From NCBI GenBank assembly GCA_964566925.1, contig CAZMIZ010000005.1, positions 184 to 64,183 on the forward strand: a DNA stretch of 64,000 nt. The letters are read 5' to 3'. Positions within the stretch are counted from its first letter, which is position 1, and each line of letters begins with the position of its first letter. This stretch comes from an uncultured Gammaproteobacteria bacterium. GTDB lineage: Bacteria; Patescibacteriota; Microgenomatia; PFEM01; DATLAM01. The position numbers and the translations under genes were made by a program. Below, piece after piece: positions 38,517 through 51,573 of the stretch. The notes under the pieces are model-generated. The model was given only the letters and a program-made list of their open reading frames with translations, was not told where the DNA came from and did no database searches.

Positions 38517-39638
38517 GTGGTTTTTAAAGGTGTTAGGATGAACAAAGTGAGGAAAAAACTAAACATCAACAACTTAAAGTTTTGCCATTTTCCCTGGATT
38601 TTAGCGTTAGTTTTGATTTTTCTTTTAACCGCCGGTGTAGTCATTTATTGGCAAGCGACTAGCTGGACAGAAAAAGTAGTTGTTGGTCGGGTAGAGACTG
38701 AAAAGTTGACCCTCGCTCGCTCCGGCGCCCTTTCGATTTCTCAATTTCTCCGTGAGAGAGAGACAGAGCTTTTGTTGCTTAGTGAAATAGAGTCAATCAA
38801 AAGCTTGAGAGAGGAAGAAGGAAGGGAGAAAATGGAGGTTTTAATTGACCGGATAAAAGATGCTCCTTTAGCCGACGTTGTTCGGGTCGGCAGTGACGGG
38901 ACAGCTCTTTGGGTTACCAATGTAGAAGATAATAGAGAAGGGGAAGGGGTTTCTCTGGCCGATCGAGATTATTTTATCTGGGCAAAAGATCAAAGCGGGC
39001 CAGGGCAAGTTTTTGTTGGGAAACCAGTGATTTCCAGGGGAGGGATTGTAGAAGGAAAATGGGTGGCGGTGATGGCTACTCCAGTTTTTTATCAAGACAG
39101 ATTTAATGGCTTGGTTTTTGTCTCTTTTCCCCTCGAGGGTTTGACCGAAAAATTTATCACCCCACTTGTTTCTCTGCCCGCGACTCAGGCTCTTCTTATT
39201 ACCCAGGATGGATTTGTGGTTGCCTCAACTATACCCCAGATAACCGGAGAAAATGTTTTAGAATATGGCCAACAGGAAGACTGGCCAAGACGTGAAGAAT
39301 ACTTGGCGATAACCAAGAAGGCACTTGAAGGGGAGGAAGGAAGCGCGGTCCATGATTATCTTCTGGTGGCCAATAAAAAGTTAATTAAAACGGTCACTGC
39401 TTATGCGCCAATAAGAGTTGATAGCCAAACTTGGTCTCTATGGATCACCGCTCCTTATAAAGAAGGGGTCAAATTTGCCTCACCAATTAGTATCGCCCAA
39501 AGCTTAGGCCTTGTTTTTGGTTTAATCGGGGCGTCAATTTTGATTTTAACTTTTATTTTAGGGATTAGGGTAGCCCAGAGGGACGCTTTTGTTGATGGCT
39601 TTCGGGATGGACGTGATGGAATTAAAAAGAAGAACTAG
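38517..39638 (+). CDS. Membrane protein with a Cache-like extracytoplasmic sensor domain flanked by two TM helices; no output domain
   Basis: 373 aa. Has an N-terminal TM, a ~280-aa extracytoplasmic domain and a C-terminal TM. Confidence 0.35.
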   Translation: MVFKGVRMNKVRKKLNINNLKFCHFPWILALVLIFLLTAGVVIYWQATSWTEKVVVGRVETEKLTLARSGALSISQFLRERETELLLLSEIESIKSLREEEGREKMEVLIDRIKDAPLADVVRVGSDGTALWVTNVEDNREGEGVSLADRDYFIWAKDQSGPGQVFVGKPVISRGGIVEGKWVAVMATPVFYQDRFNGLVFVSFPLEGLTEKFITPLVSLPATQALLITQDGFVVASTIPQITGENVLEYGQQEDWPRREEYLAITKKALEGEEGSAVHDYLLVANKKLIKTVTAYAPIRVDSQTWSLWITAPYKEGVKFASPISIAQSLGLVFGLIGASILILTFILGIRVAQRDAFVDGFRDGRDGIKKKN

Positions 39639-39991
39639 CCTCCTTCTGTTTTTGTTTTTTTAGCCATCTTTCTGGCGCATTCACCACAGATTTTTTCTTT
39701 TCGCCAAGATGCCGCTAGGGTGGGCTTACCACAGACCGAGCAGGAAAGGAGATGGAGGCTGTCACGACCAACTTTTCCTCGAATAATTTCGTCAAAAGTA
39801 AAGATTAAAAAGATAATTCCGATTTGGGCTGCGGGGAGGCCTAAAAAAAGGCTCCAGCCCGGAATCCGCAGGGTAAGGATCCAGATTCCTCCCAAAAAAA
39901 GAATTAAAGAGAGAATAATTGCCGGGACCGTTTTGGTAACGAAGATTAAGAAAAGTTGTTTAGCGCTACTGGTTAACTTGGCAGGCATCAC
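39635..39991 (-). CDS. Small membrane protein with an N-terminal CxxC...CxxC zinc ribbon
   Basis: 118 aa. CSVCGKP...CGECARK followed by two TM helices. Confidence 0.4.
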   Translation of the reverse strand: MMPAKLTSSAKQLFLIFVTKTVPAIILSLILFLGGIWILTLRIPGWSLFLGLPAAQIGIIFLIFTFDEIIRGKVGRDSLHLLSCSVCGKPTLAASWRKEKICGECARKMAKKTKTEGG

Positions 39992-40035
39992 GGAGTAATT
40001 GTAGCATTTCTCTTCAAAATGGTAAAATCGAGCTC

Positions 40036-41298
40036 ATGAAAGGTAAGAAGATTGCGGTGGCCATGAGTGGAGGAGTTGATTCCGGGGTGGCGGCCGCTTT
40101 GGTGGTCAAGGCTGGATTTCAGGCGGCTGGGTTTCATCTGCAGCTTTGGTCGGAGCCAGCGTCTGGGAGCCAGCGCCGAGCACCTAGTTTTGAGAACAAA
40201 TGTTGTAGCTCCGAATCATTGGAAGCGGCCAGGAAAACGGCTCACCAATTAGGAATGCCTTTTTATACCATTAATCTTGAGAAGATTTTTAAAAAAAGAG
40301 TGGTTGACTATTTTTTAAAAGAATATGGTTTAGGTCAGACGCCAAATCCTTGTGTGATGTGTAACCGCTTCGTTAAATTCGGCGAACTCTTAGATTATGT
40401 TAGAAAGTTGGGTTATGATTATTTAGCGACTGGTCATTATGCGAGAATTATGGAAGGCACTGAGGTCGCCCACCGAAATTTTGATGTCGGCTTCAGTTTC
40501 TCTCGCGAAAAGACGCACGTTGTTGAAAAAACTCATCGGCGCTCGCAAAGTGAAGCCTCACAAAATTTGATGGGCTCCCCGCGTTTTCTCCGTCTCTTAA
40601 TGGGAAAGGATAGGGTTAAGGATCAGTCTTATTTTCTCTACAGTCTCACTCAAAAACAATTAGCTCAAGTAATGTTTCCAGTGGGGAATTATCTTAAAAA
40701 AGAGGTGAGGGCGATGGCGAAGAAATGGAAATTGCCAGTGGCGGAGCGGCCTGAATCCCAAGAGATTTGTTTTTTTCCGGAGGCGGATTACCGACCTTTT
40801 TTAAAGCGCCAAATTCCTAAAAAAATTGTTCCGGGTGAAGTGGTGGACGTTAAAGGAAAGGTGATTGGGAGACATCAAGGGATACCATTATATACTGTTG
40901 GTCAGCGCCACGGTTTTGCGATTACCGATAGGAAGGTGATTGGGCCCCTGTATGTGATTGGCAAGGACAGTAAGAAAAATCAGCTAATAGTTGGTTTTGG
41001 AAAAGAAGCGGAAATTAATGAATTTTGGGTAAAAAATGTGAACTGGCTTGTCCGCCGAAGTCTTGGCAAAGGCGGAATGGAATGTAAGGTTAGAATCCGG
41101 CATCAAGGAGAGCTTTTGGACGCTAAGATATTAAGATATAAGAACACTAGGAGAGTAAAAGTGGAGCTGGTTGAAGGGGAGCGGGGCGTTTCTCCTGGCC
41201 AAGCAGCCGTATTTTACTTGCCCAGTGAAGTTTCGACGAAGTTGGGCCAGAAAAAAACTTATGAAGTCCTCGGTGGAGGAATAATCACTAATTATTGA
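40036..41298 (+). CDS. mnmA: tRNA-specific 2-thiouridylase MnmA
   Basis: 420 aa. The PP-loop is AVAMSGGVDSGVAA. NPCVMCNRFVKFGEL and DQSYFLY are present. There are two lineage-specific insertions, one Cys-rich (KCCSSESLE). Confidence 0.85.
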   Translation: MKGKKIAVAMSGGVDSGVAAALVVKAGFQAAGFHLQLWSEPASGSQRRAPSFENKCCSSESLEAARKTAHQLGMPFYTINLEKIFKKRVVDYFLKEYGLGQTPNPCVMCNRFVKFGELLDYVRKLGYDYLATGHYARIMEGTEVAHRNFDVGFSFSREKTHVVEKTHRRSQSEASQNLMGSPRFLRLLMGKDRVKDQSYFLYSLTQKQLAQVMFPVGNYLKKEVRAMAKKWKLPVAERPESQEICFFPEADYRPFLKRQIPKKIVPGEVVDVKGKVIGRHQGIPLYTVGQRHGFAITDRKVIGPLYVIGKDSKKNQLIVGFGKEAEINEFWVKNVNWLVRRSLGKGGMECKVRIRHQGELLDAKILRYKNTRRVKVELVEGERGVSPGQAAVFYLPSEVSTKLGQKKTYEVLGGGIITNY

Positions 41299-41402
41299 CT
41301 ATTCTTTTCGCGACAGCAATTTATAGTTGATGGCTCGTTGGTTTTTGATTTAATGGTCTATAATTTATTTGTTGCCCAAGAGCTGCTCTTCTAAAGATAA
41401 AT

Positions 41403-42026
41403 ATGAGAACTCCAGAGCGTTTAGCGAATGTCGTTAGCCGTCTTCCCTTGCCTAAATATGAATGGGATGAAATTGAAAGTACCTTCGAGAGGATTTTTAA
41501 ATACTTTCTTTCCGAACCATGGACCAGGGGTCATCCAAGACTTAATGTTAAGACAATTATTAAACTTATGAATATGACTGATCGAGGGATCTTAATTCCA
41601 GTGAAAGCAACAAGGCGTTTACTCCCAGCTTTAACTAAAGAGCGGTTCAAAGAGATAGTTAAAAGAGAAGTGGTTGAGCGCGGCGGGAGGGTTTCAAAGA
41701 TTGACGCTTTTTTGATAGGAACTGGAGTGGAGAATGAGGGTCATTTGATTCAGACCGTTATAGGAGGAAGCCCCGAATTGGTAATTGAGGCAGGAAGCCT
41801 TGGCGTAATTGAAGGAGTAGACCATGATTATCTCCCGACAAGATTATTTGTCTGTTGGGAAGGGTTTCGTGCTGATGGAAGATTTAATTCCAATGGAAGG
41901 AGATCGGGAATTCCATCAATTTCTTTGCAACCCGGAGACGATTTTGATCTCCAGATTCTTTGGGATTATTCACTTGAGGATTTAGGAATAGGATCAATCA
42001 GAAGAGAGATTAAGAGATTTAATTGA
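41403..42026 (+). CDS. Hypothetical protein
   Basis: 207-aa ORF followed by a hairpin and T-run. Confidence 0.4.
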   Translation: MRTPERLANVVSRLPLPKYEWDEIESTFERIFKYFLSEPWTRGHPRLNVKTIIKLMNMTDRGILIPVKATRRLLPALTKERFKEIVKREVVERGGRVSKIDAFLIGTGVENEGHLIQTVIGGSPELVIEAGSLGVIEGVDHDYLPTRLFVCWEGFRADGRFNSNGRRSGIPSISLQPGDDFDLQILWDYSLEDLGIGSIRREIKRFN

Positions 42027-42089
42027 CAAGGAAGAATAATTTTGTTATTATCGAACCAGACATGACTTGAAATCTTTGACCAGGTCGGG

Positions 42090-42105
42090 TCCGCCAACTG
42101 GCGGA
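42090..42105 (+). repeat. Hairpin-family copy 1 (TCCGCC-aact-GGCGGA)
   Basis: tccgccaactggcgga. One of four copies of the same stem, all next to stable-RNA genes. Confidence 0.5.
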
Positions 42106-42126
42106 GGCCCACTATAGCATGTTGAT

Positions 42127-42148
42127 CCCGACTCTGGTCGGGATTTTT
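42127..42148 (+). terminator. Intrinsic-terminator-like hairpin and T-run downstream of the 41403-42026 gene
   Basis: cccgactctggtcggg followed by atttttg. Confidence 0.4.
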
Positions 42149-42267
42149 GATTGACATTAATAATTCATAAATAGCCAATCACCCGCCGAAGCTTTAGCGA
42201 AGGTGGGTAGACAAGCACCTTGAAAACTAAATAGATCTCGTCAAATCACATCTTTGATCCCGTATAA

Positions 42268-42309
42268 CCTTACCGTTCGCCTTTTCAATTCTATTCGAAT
42301 ACGGCTTAC
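42268..42309 (-). repeat. Copy (b) of the ~45-nt element, in the 16S leader and complementary to the copies after 16S (candidate 16S processing stem)
   Basis: ccttaccgttcgccttttcaattctattcgaatacggcttac is near-complementary to 44012-44051. Confidence 0.5.
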
Positions 42310-42380
42310 GGAGCGGTTTAACGGGACTGAGTGCTATTTATTTTTTTAAAGGTATTCAGCAATCAGGATGTGGTAGGAAA

Positions 42381-43849
<1,469 letters not shown>

Positions 43850-44011
43850 AGGAGTTGTTCGGCCCCGCGGAGCTTTATGCGAAGTGGGGGAAACACCCCG
43901 AGATTTTGTTAATTTTGCTCGCTAACTAAAATTGACATCTTCCTACCACTTCCTGGTTGTTGAGAACTGTAGTTAATTTACAAATAGTTCGAAATCCTGC
44001 CAAAATTGCTC

Positions 44012-44051
44012 CTTGAGCCGTTTTCGAATAGAACCCAAAGGCGAAAGGTAA
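44012..44051 (+). repeat. Copy (c) of the ~45-nt element
   Basis: cttgagccgttttcgaatagaacccaaaggcgaaaggtaa. Confidence 0.5.
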
Positions 44052-44078
44052 AATTAGTAGGATCAAGAGAACAAAGAG

Positions 44079-44100
44079 TCCGCCACATGGCGGATTTTTT
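44079..44100 (+). terminator. Hairpin-family copy 2 plus T-run (terminator- or processing-like) between 16S and tRNA-Ile
   Basis: tccgccacatggcgga followed by tttttt. Confidence 0.35.
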
Positions 44101-44127
44101 GTATTTATGATAAAATTAAGGTGATCT

Positions 44128-44199
44128 GGGCACGTAGTTCACTGGTAGAACGCTTACCTGATAAGTAAGAAGTAGATGGTTCGATTCCATCCGTGCCCA
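44128..44199 (+). tRNA. tRNA-Ile (anticodon GAT)
   Basis: The cloverleaf was folded by hand: acceptor GGGCACG/CGTGCCC, D-stem GTTC/GAAC, anticodon stem CTTAC/GTAAG with loop CTGATAA, and T-arm GATGG-TTCGATT-CCATC. Confidence 0.8.
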
Positions 44200-44233
44200 C
44201 AAGGAGGTCTCAGGCCTGCCCCGTCAAACCGCT

Positions 44234-44276
44234 CTTTGAGCCGTTTTCGAATAGAACCCAAAGGCGAAAAGTAAGG
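44234..44276 (+). repeat. Copy (d) of the ~45-nt element, followed by a tRNA-3'-half-like fragment ending in CCA (44277-44309)
   Basis: ctttgagccgttttcgaatagaacccaaaggcgaaaagtaagg followed by ...acggggttcgaatcctgaacggcccacca. Confidence 0.5.
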
Positions 44277-44407
44277 TTATACGGGGTTCGAATCCTGAAC
44301 GGCCCACCATTGAGATAAGGTAGGACGTGGCAAATTAGGCACTTTTTGAAAGAAAGACCAAGAAAACTTCTTGTAACTTTTTAAAAAGGGGAGTATAATT
44401 TAATCAA

Positions 44408-45148
44408 ATGAGTTTAGTGGTTGCTACTTACGTACCGGAAGGCATTGTTATGGCGTCGGATAGCCGCCAGTCTGTTACCGTGGGAGGTAGAACCCCGGAA
44501 GGGAAGAAACTCCCACCAGTGCAAACTGTTAATTCCGACGCCGTTTATAAGACATTCCTGATTAAAATTGGCAGCAAGGAGGGTAAAACAAACATTGGTA
44601 TCAGTACTTTTGGGGAAGGAATACTGGGTGGAATCCAGACGGCCGGGCATATTAAAAAGTTTCAAGAGAAGGTATTAGCTAAAGATGACGACATTGAGAG
44701 TGTAGTCAAGAAGATTGTCCGTTTTTTCCATAAAGATTTTCCGAAAGCAAAGACTGGTTTCCATGTGGCGGGTTATAAGAAAGAAGGAAAATTGAGTACT
44801 CCTTATGTTTTTTATTGCCATGTGGGCGATAACAAAATAATGAGAAGAAACCAGAAACCTGATGGGGCTGTTGCGTACGGCGCTACATGGTCAGGGCAGA
44901 TTGATATTGTCTCGAGTATTTTAAATCCTGCCCCAAATCAGCCTCCAAAAGCGCCAATTATTTGGGATGCAATGACCCTTCAAGATGCTATCGATTTCTC
45001 GGTTTATGCTATCCGAACGACAATTGATACTATTAGGTTCCAAGCAAGACCTAAAAATGTGGGCGGACCAATTGATGTTTTACTGCTAACTCCAGAGAAA
45101 GCTCGTTGGGTTCAAAAAAAAGAATTAAAAGGAGGAGAAGAGTTTTAG
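44408..45148 (+). CDS. Proteasome-type (T1/Ntn-hydrolase, HslV/Anbu-like) protein encoded inside the 16S-23S spacer
   Basis: 246 aa. The N-terminal VVATYVPEGIVMASDSRQS resembles the proteasome beta/HslV signature (TTIVG..GIVLGADTRAT). Upstream there are a GGGAG RBS and a TATAAT. Confidence 0.4.
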   Translation: MSLVVATYVPEGIVMASDSRQSVTVGGRTPEGKKLPPVQTVNSDAVYKTFLIKIGSKEGKTNIGISTFGEGILGGIQTAGHIKKFQEKVLAKDDDIESVVKKIVRFFHKDFPKAKTGFHVAGYKKEGKLSTPYVFYCHVGDNKIMRRNQKPDGAVAYGATWSGQIDIVSSILNPAPNQPPKAPIIWDAMTLQDAIDFSVYAIRTTIDTIRFQARPKNVGGPIDVLLLTPEKARWVQKKELKGGEEF

Positions 45149-45250
45149 GCTAGGCACTCTCGCTCTTTCCTTCAGTAAGTTTTTCATTATAATAGTAAGT
45201 TTCAACAGCGATTGAAAGACTGGGCGATTTTTAGTAAAATTATCTGAGAG

Positions 45251-45742
45251 ATGAAAGCCGACAAAACCAATTCAGAGACAAGTCTTAATACCGGAACTAT
45301 TTTGATCGATAGTTGCGTTGATGGATTAAGTAAATCTTTTTCCGAAGCAAGACTTCCTGAGGGATGGAGGGTAAAACGAGCTAAAAATAGTTTTTCGGAA
45401 ACTGACGAAATGTGCTTTATGCCCAACTTCCTAAAACAACAAGAAAGAGTATTAGTCGTTACTTCTGATAAGAATGATTTCAATTCGTTTGTTTCACCAA
45501 AGTGTTGCGTTGTTACTTTCTCCAATGGGAACATAGAGGCTCCGTTACAGGAAGATTTAATAAAACGGCTTTTTACAAACAAGCCATTTAGGAGCCTGAA
45601 TAATCTTTTTAGTATTGGACGAATTGTAATAGAGAAATGCGGACGAGTAAATTATAAGCGCTTTGGCAGACCGATAAGTAAGATTTTGCGCTCCCCACAT
45701 CTCCACAACCATAAACCTTTTACTTTAGTAATAAAGAAGTAG
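45251..45742 (+). CDS. Hypothetical protein inside the 16S-23S spacer
   Basis: 163-aa ORF on the same strand as the rRNA operon. No motifs recognised. An alternative minus-strand ORF 45202-45582 overlaps it. Confidence 0.3.
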   Translation: MKADKTNSETSLNTGTILIDSCVDGLSKSFSEARLPEGWRVKRAKNSFSETDEMCFMPNFLKQQERVLVVTSDKNDFNSFVSPKCCVVTFSNGNIEAPLQEDLIKRLFTNKPFRSLNNLFSIGRIVIEKCGRVNYKRFGRPISKILRSPHLHNHKPFTLVIKK

Positions 45743-45781
45743 AAAAGAGAGCGATTTCTTAGGGGTTTATTTTAACTTTGC

Positions 45782-45810
45782 TTGACACTTCTTTACAAGC
45801 TTGTTATAAT
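45782..45810 (+). promoter_or_regulatory. Consensus sigma70 promoter (TTGACA-17-TATAAT) inside the rRNA spacer
   Basis: ttgaca(45782-87), a 17-nt spacer, and tataat(45805-10). Confidence 0.5.
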
Positions 45811-45816
45811 GAGCCT

Positions 45817-45947
45817 ACTTAGGAGACAGTCCTAAGAAGTTTTTATGAGAAGCCTGCAAAAAATAATTCAAACTTTGGTGGTCTTTTTGCGTGGTGATTG
45901 AGGCTTCTTGGTAAACTTCCAAGACTGGCTCCGCAAGGAGCCTTTTT
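45817..45947 (+). ncRNA. Candidate ~130-nt leader or small RNA between the consensus promoter and a GC hairpin/T-run (boxB/boxA-like?)
   Basis: Local hairpins cttagga..tcctaag and cttgg..ccaag are present. The final ggctccgcaaggagcc+tttttt is followed by TTGTCCTTTAAAAAA, which resembles rrn boxA (TGCTCTTTAACAA). It could also encode an 18-aa peptide (MRSLQKIIQTLVVFLRGD). Confidence 0.25.
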
Positions 45948-46000
45948 TAATTGTCCTTTAAAAAATATATAAATAGCCAATTACCCACCAAAGACCGCTC

Positions 46001-46042
46001 CCTGAGCCGTATACGAATAGTATCTAAAGGCGAAGGGTAAGG
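46001..46042 (+). repeat. Copy (e) of the ~45-nt element, immediately upstream of tRNA-Ala/23S
   Basis: ctgagccgtatacgaatagtatctaaaggcgaagggtaagg. It shares the extra accgctc 5' flank with copy (d). Confidence 0.5.
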
Positions 46043-46060
46043 TCGGGCGGGTAGGATTCC

Positions 46061-46136
46061 GGGCCGATAGCTCAGTTGGCAGAGCGTCGCTTTTGCATAG
46101 CGAAGGTCAGCGGTTCGAACCCGCTTCGGTCCACCA
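46061..46136 (+). tRNA. tRNA-Ala (anticodon TGC), with encoded CCA
   Basis: Acceptor GGGCCGA/TCGGTCC with a G3:U70 pair, anticodon loop TTTGCAT, and T-arm AGCGG-TTCGAAC-CCGCT. Confidence 0.85.
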
Positions 46137-46173
46137 AGGATTTATCCTTAATTGACAAATCAATGATAGGGTT

Positions 46174-46189
46174 TCCGCCTTTGGCGGAA
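46174..46189 (+). repeat. Hairpin-family copy 3 (TCCGCC-ttt-GGCGGA) between tRNA-Ala and 23S
   Basis: ttccgcctttggcggaa. Confidence 0.5.
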
Positions 46190-46392
46190 AGCACCTTCCC
46201 GCCCAGTCTTAGCACTCGGCTTCAGGTACTATTCGTACACGCCTCGTGCTGCGACTTTTGGCGGGTGCGTCGCTAAATTTGCGGCGCAAATTTAGCTCCT
46301 TGAAAAGTAAATAGAAAGAAACCCAGCCCCTCGCGAAGGGCTGGGAAAACCGATCTTTCAGCCAAAGGCTGATCATCTTATGGATGATAGAA

Positions 46393-49443
<3,051 letters not shown>

Positions 49444-49508
49444 TAATCATCCAAAGGGGTGATCAGTCTTTGATTGAAAAGATCGGTCTTATTGAAAATT
49501 AAAAAATT

Positions 49509-49625
49509 TGCTGGTGCTTTGAGCGATACGGCCCCACCTCTTCCCATTCCGAACAGAGAAGTGAAACGTATCAGCGCCGACGATAGTATATCTTCTCAGA
49601 TATGCGAAAATAGGTCAGTGCCAGC
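49509..49625 (+). rRNA. rrf: 5S ribosomal RNA
   Basis: GCTGGTG...CCCATTCCGAACAGAGAAGTGAAAC...GCCAGC followed by a T7 run. Confidence 0.85.
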
Positions 49626-49636
49626 TTTTTTTGTGG

Positions 49637-49665
49637 TTGCCAAGAAGACCAAAATGTAATATAAT
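49637..49665 (+). promoter_or_regulatory. Promoter for rpsA (TTGCCA-17-TATAAT)
   Basis: ttgcca(49637-42), a 17-nt spacer, and tataat(49660-65), directly after the 5S T-run. Confidence 0.45.
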
Positions 49666-49702
49666 ATCAACAAGATTCCTAGAGAAAGGTGGTTTATGAA
49701 AA

Positions 49703-50884
49703 GTGGTCAAAAAGGTAAAAAAACCTGCCATGCCTGCCGGCAGGCAGGCCAAAAAGAAAGCCTCGACTAAAACTTCAGTTAAGAAAGTTTCCAAAAAGTC
49801 AAAGGTAAAGAAACAGCCCCAGACAATGGACGAGTTATTAGCTCAAACCGGTTACCAACCCCGGGGCTTGTCTCGTGGAGAAACAATTGAGGGAACGGTT
49901 ACCGAAAAAACAAAACGAGCCCTTTTTATTGATTTTGGAGGTAAATCAGAAGGGATTGTTGTTGAAAAGGAGCTTAAGTTAGCTCAGGATCTAATAGAGA
50001 AGATTGAAGTTGGCGATAAGGTTAAGGCGGTTGTTTACCAAGCAGAAAATGATCAAGGCCAGATTTTACTTTCTTTAAGAAAAGAAGCTTTAGAAAAACG
50101 TTGGCGGGATTTTGAAGAGAAACTTAAAACCGGCGAAACGGTTAAGGTGGTCGGCCACGACGTTAACCGCGGCGGTTTGGTGGTTGAAGTCAGCGGTACC
50201 CAGGGATTTATTCCGGCTTCTCAGTTTGGTTCAAAATTTGCCGACAAAATAGAAGAGCTGATTGGGAAGACTCTTAAAGTTAAGCCGATTGAGGTCAACC
50301 GGGAGAAAAACCGGTTGATTTTTTCGGAAAAAGAGGTTTCAGAGGCCAAGATAATGGCCGCCCAGTCAAAAGCCCTAAAAGGAATTAAGATCGGTGACAG
50401 CTTTGATGGAGTGGTAACCGGAGTAATGCCTTTTGGCCTTTTTGTCAAGATAAAAACAAAAGACGATACCGAACTAGAAGGCTTGGTCCATATCTCAGAA
50501 ATCTCCTGGGAGAAAGTAGATAATCCGGCTGATCATTACAAGGAAAAGGATAAGGTTAAAGTTAAAGTTTTAGCGATTGACAAGAAGAGTGGGCGACTCA
50601 ATCTTTCTATTAAACAATTGACCGACGATCCTTGGGCGGGAGTTAAGAAGAAATATAAAGTTGAGGCCAGGGTTAAGGGCAAGGTGGTTCGCCTGGCTCC
50701 TTTTGGCGCTTTTGTTAACCTGGAACCAGGGATTGACGGCCTGATTCATATCAGTAAAATTCCGGCTGAAAAATCTTTGAAAGTTGGGGATCAAGTTAAC
50801 TGCTACATTGAATCGATTGATCCCGAAGCCAAAAGAATGAGTTTAGGCCTAGTTCTTAAAGAGAAACCAGTGGGGTACAAGTAA
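49703..50884 (+). CDS. rpsA: 30S ribosomal protein S1 (four S1 domains, with a Lys-rich N-terminal extension)
   Basis: 393 aa with repeated S1-domain motifs (G.V..v...GlfV.i..g..GlvHiSei). The GTG start at 49703 could instead be the ATG at 49730. Confidence 0.8.
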   Translation: MVKKVKKPAMPAGRQAKKKASTKTSVKKVSKKSKVKKQPQTMDELLAQTGYQPRGLSRGETIEGTVTEKTKRALFIDFGGKSEGIVVEKELKLAQDLIEKIEVGDKVKAVVYQAENDQGQILLSLRKEALEKRWRDFEEKLKTGETVKVVGHDVNRGGLVVEVSGTQGFIPASQFGSKFADKIEELIGKTLKVKPIEVNREKNRLIFSEKEVSEAKIMAAQSKALKGIKIGDSFDGVVTGVMPFGLFVKIKTKDDTELEGLVHISEISWEKVDNPADHYKEKDKVKVKVLAIDKKSGRLNLSIKQLTDDPWAGVKKKYKVEARVKGKVVRLAPFGAFVNLEPGIDGLIHISKIPAEKSLKVGDQVNCYIESIDPEAKRMSLGLVLKEKPVGYK

Positions 50885-50971
50885 CCCTTTTTTTGATCTT
50901 TTCCTCAGAATCTTGAATTGATTTATGATGCTATAATATTTTTGCTGCCTGAAAGGGGAGTTATTTGTTAA

Positions 50972-51499
50972 ATGACGGCCGAAAGAAGAGCTTCTTTAAG
51001 AGAAACGATCGGCATGACTAAAGGTGCAATAAGGTTTGCCTTAGAACAGAGAGAAAGGGCTTTATACAATAACGACATGTTTATGTTTCCTTGGGAGAGG
51101 GCTGCTTTTCTTGTTTCAATCCTTAAACCGGCAGAGTTGAGAAGGCGGATAAACATTTATAGTTCATTTCTTTATGGTTGCTCGATTTTTGATCAGGTTT
51201 TTCCTAAATACGATAACCCCGACCCTTTTCATTCCACAGAAGCTGCGGTTTGTCTTGATGATAACCCTATCCAGGTAATGGGTTGGGCAGAACAGGAAGA
51301 ATTGGTTCAACAGGGAGTAAAAGAAGGTTTTCAAGAGGACTGGATTATTGTCGGTTTTGAAGAAAGAGCAGGAGAAAGAGGGATTGATTTGGAATGGCAT
51401 TTTTCCGAACATCCAACAGAAAAGCCAACCAGTTTGATTCAAGAACTGGAAGAGAGGCCACAACCAGGAAGATCTTTACCCGCGCCTACTAATTCCTGA
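50972..51499 (+). CDS. Hypothetical protein
   Basis: 175-aa ORF. Chosen over the overlapping minus-strand ORF on the grounds of operon strand. Confidence 0.35.
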   Translation: MTAERRASLRETIGMTKGAIRFALEQRERALYNNDMFMFPWERAAFLVSILKPAELRRRINIYSSFLYGCSIFDQVFPKYDNPDPFHSTEAAVCLDDNPIQVMGWAEQEELVQQGVKEGFQEDWIIVGFEERAGERGIDLEWHFSEHPTEKPTSLIQELEERPQPGRSLPAPTNS

Positions 51500-51573
51500 A
51501 TTTTTAAAAGAATCTATTCAGTTAAAATCCTGTCTCTAGAAAAAATTATTGATTTTGGTAAAATAAGAGAAAG

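Noticed and set aside
42151-42180. Precise -35/-10 assignment for the 16S promoter, and a second promoter at 45950-45975
   Set aside because: TTGACA is present at 42151 but no correctly spaced -10 could be found. The shared ATAAATAGCCAAT(C/T)ACC motif at 42164 and 45968 is noted as a conserved leader sequence only.
44277-44309. tRNA-like 3' fragment (..acggggttcgaatcctgaacggcccacca) as a possible tRNA gene or att site of an integrated element
   Set aside because: A complementary 5' acceptor strand and a full cloverleaf could not be found. It may be a remnant or a tRNA-like processing structure. It is mentioned in the finding on the spacer insertion, but was not called as a tRNA.
46076-46276. 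66-aa ORF
   Set aside because: It overlaps tRNA-Ala(TGC) and the TCCGCC hairpin.
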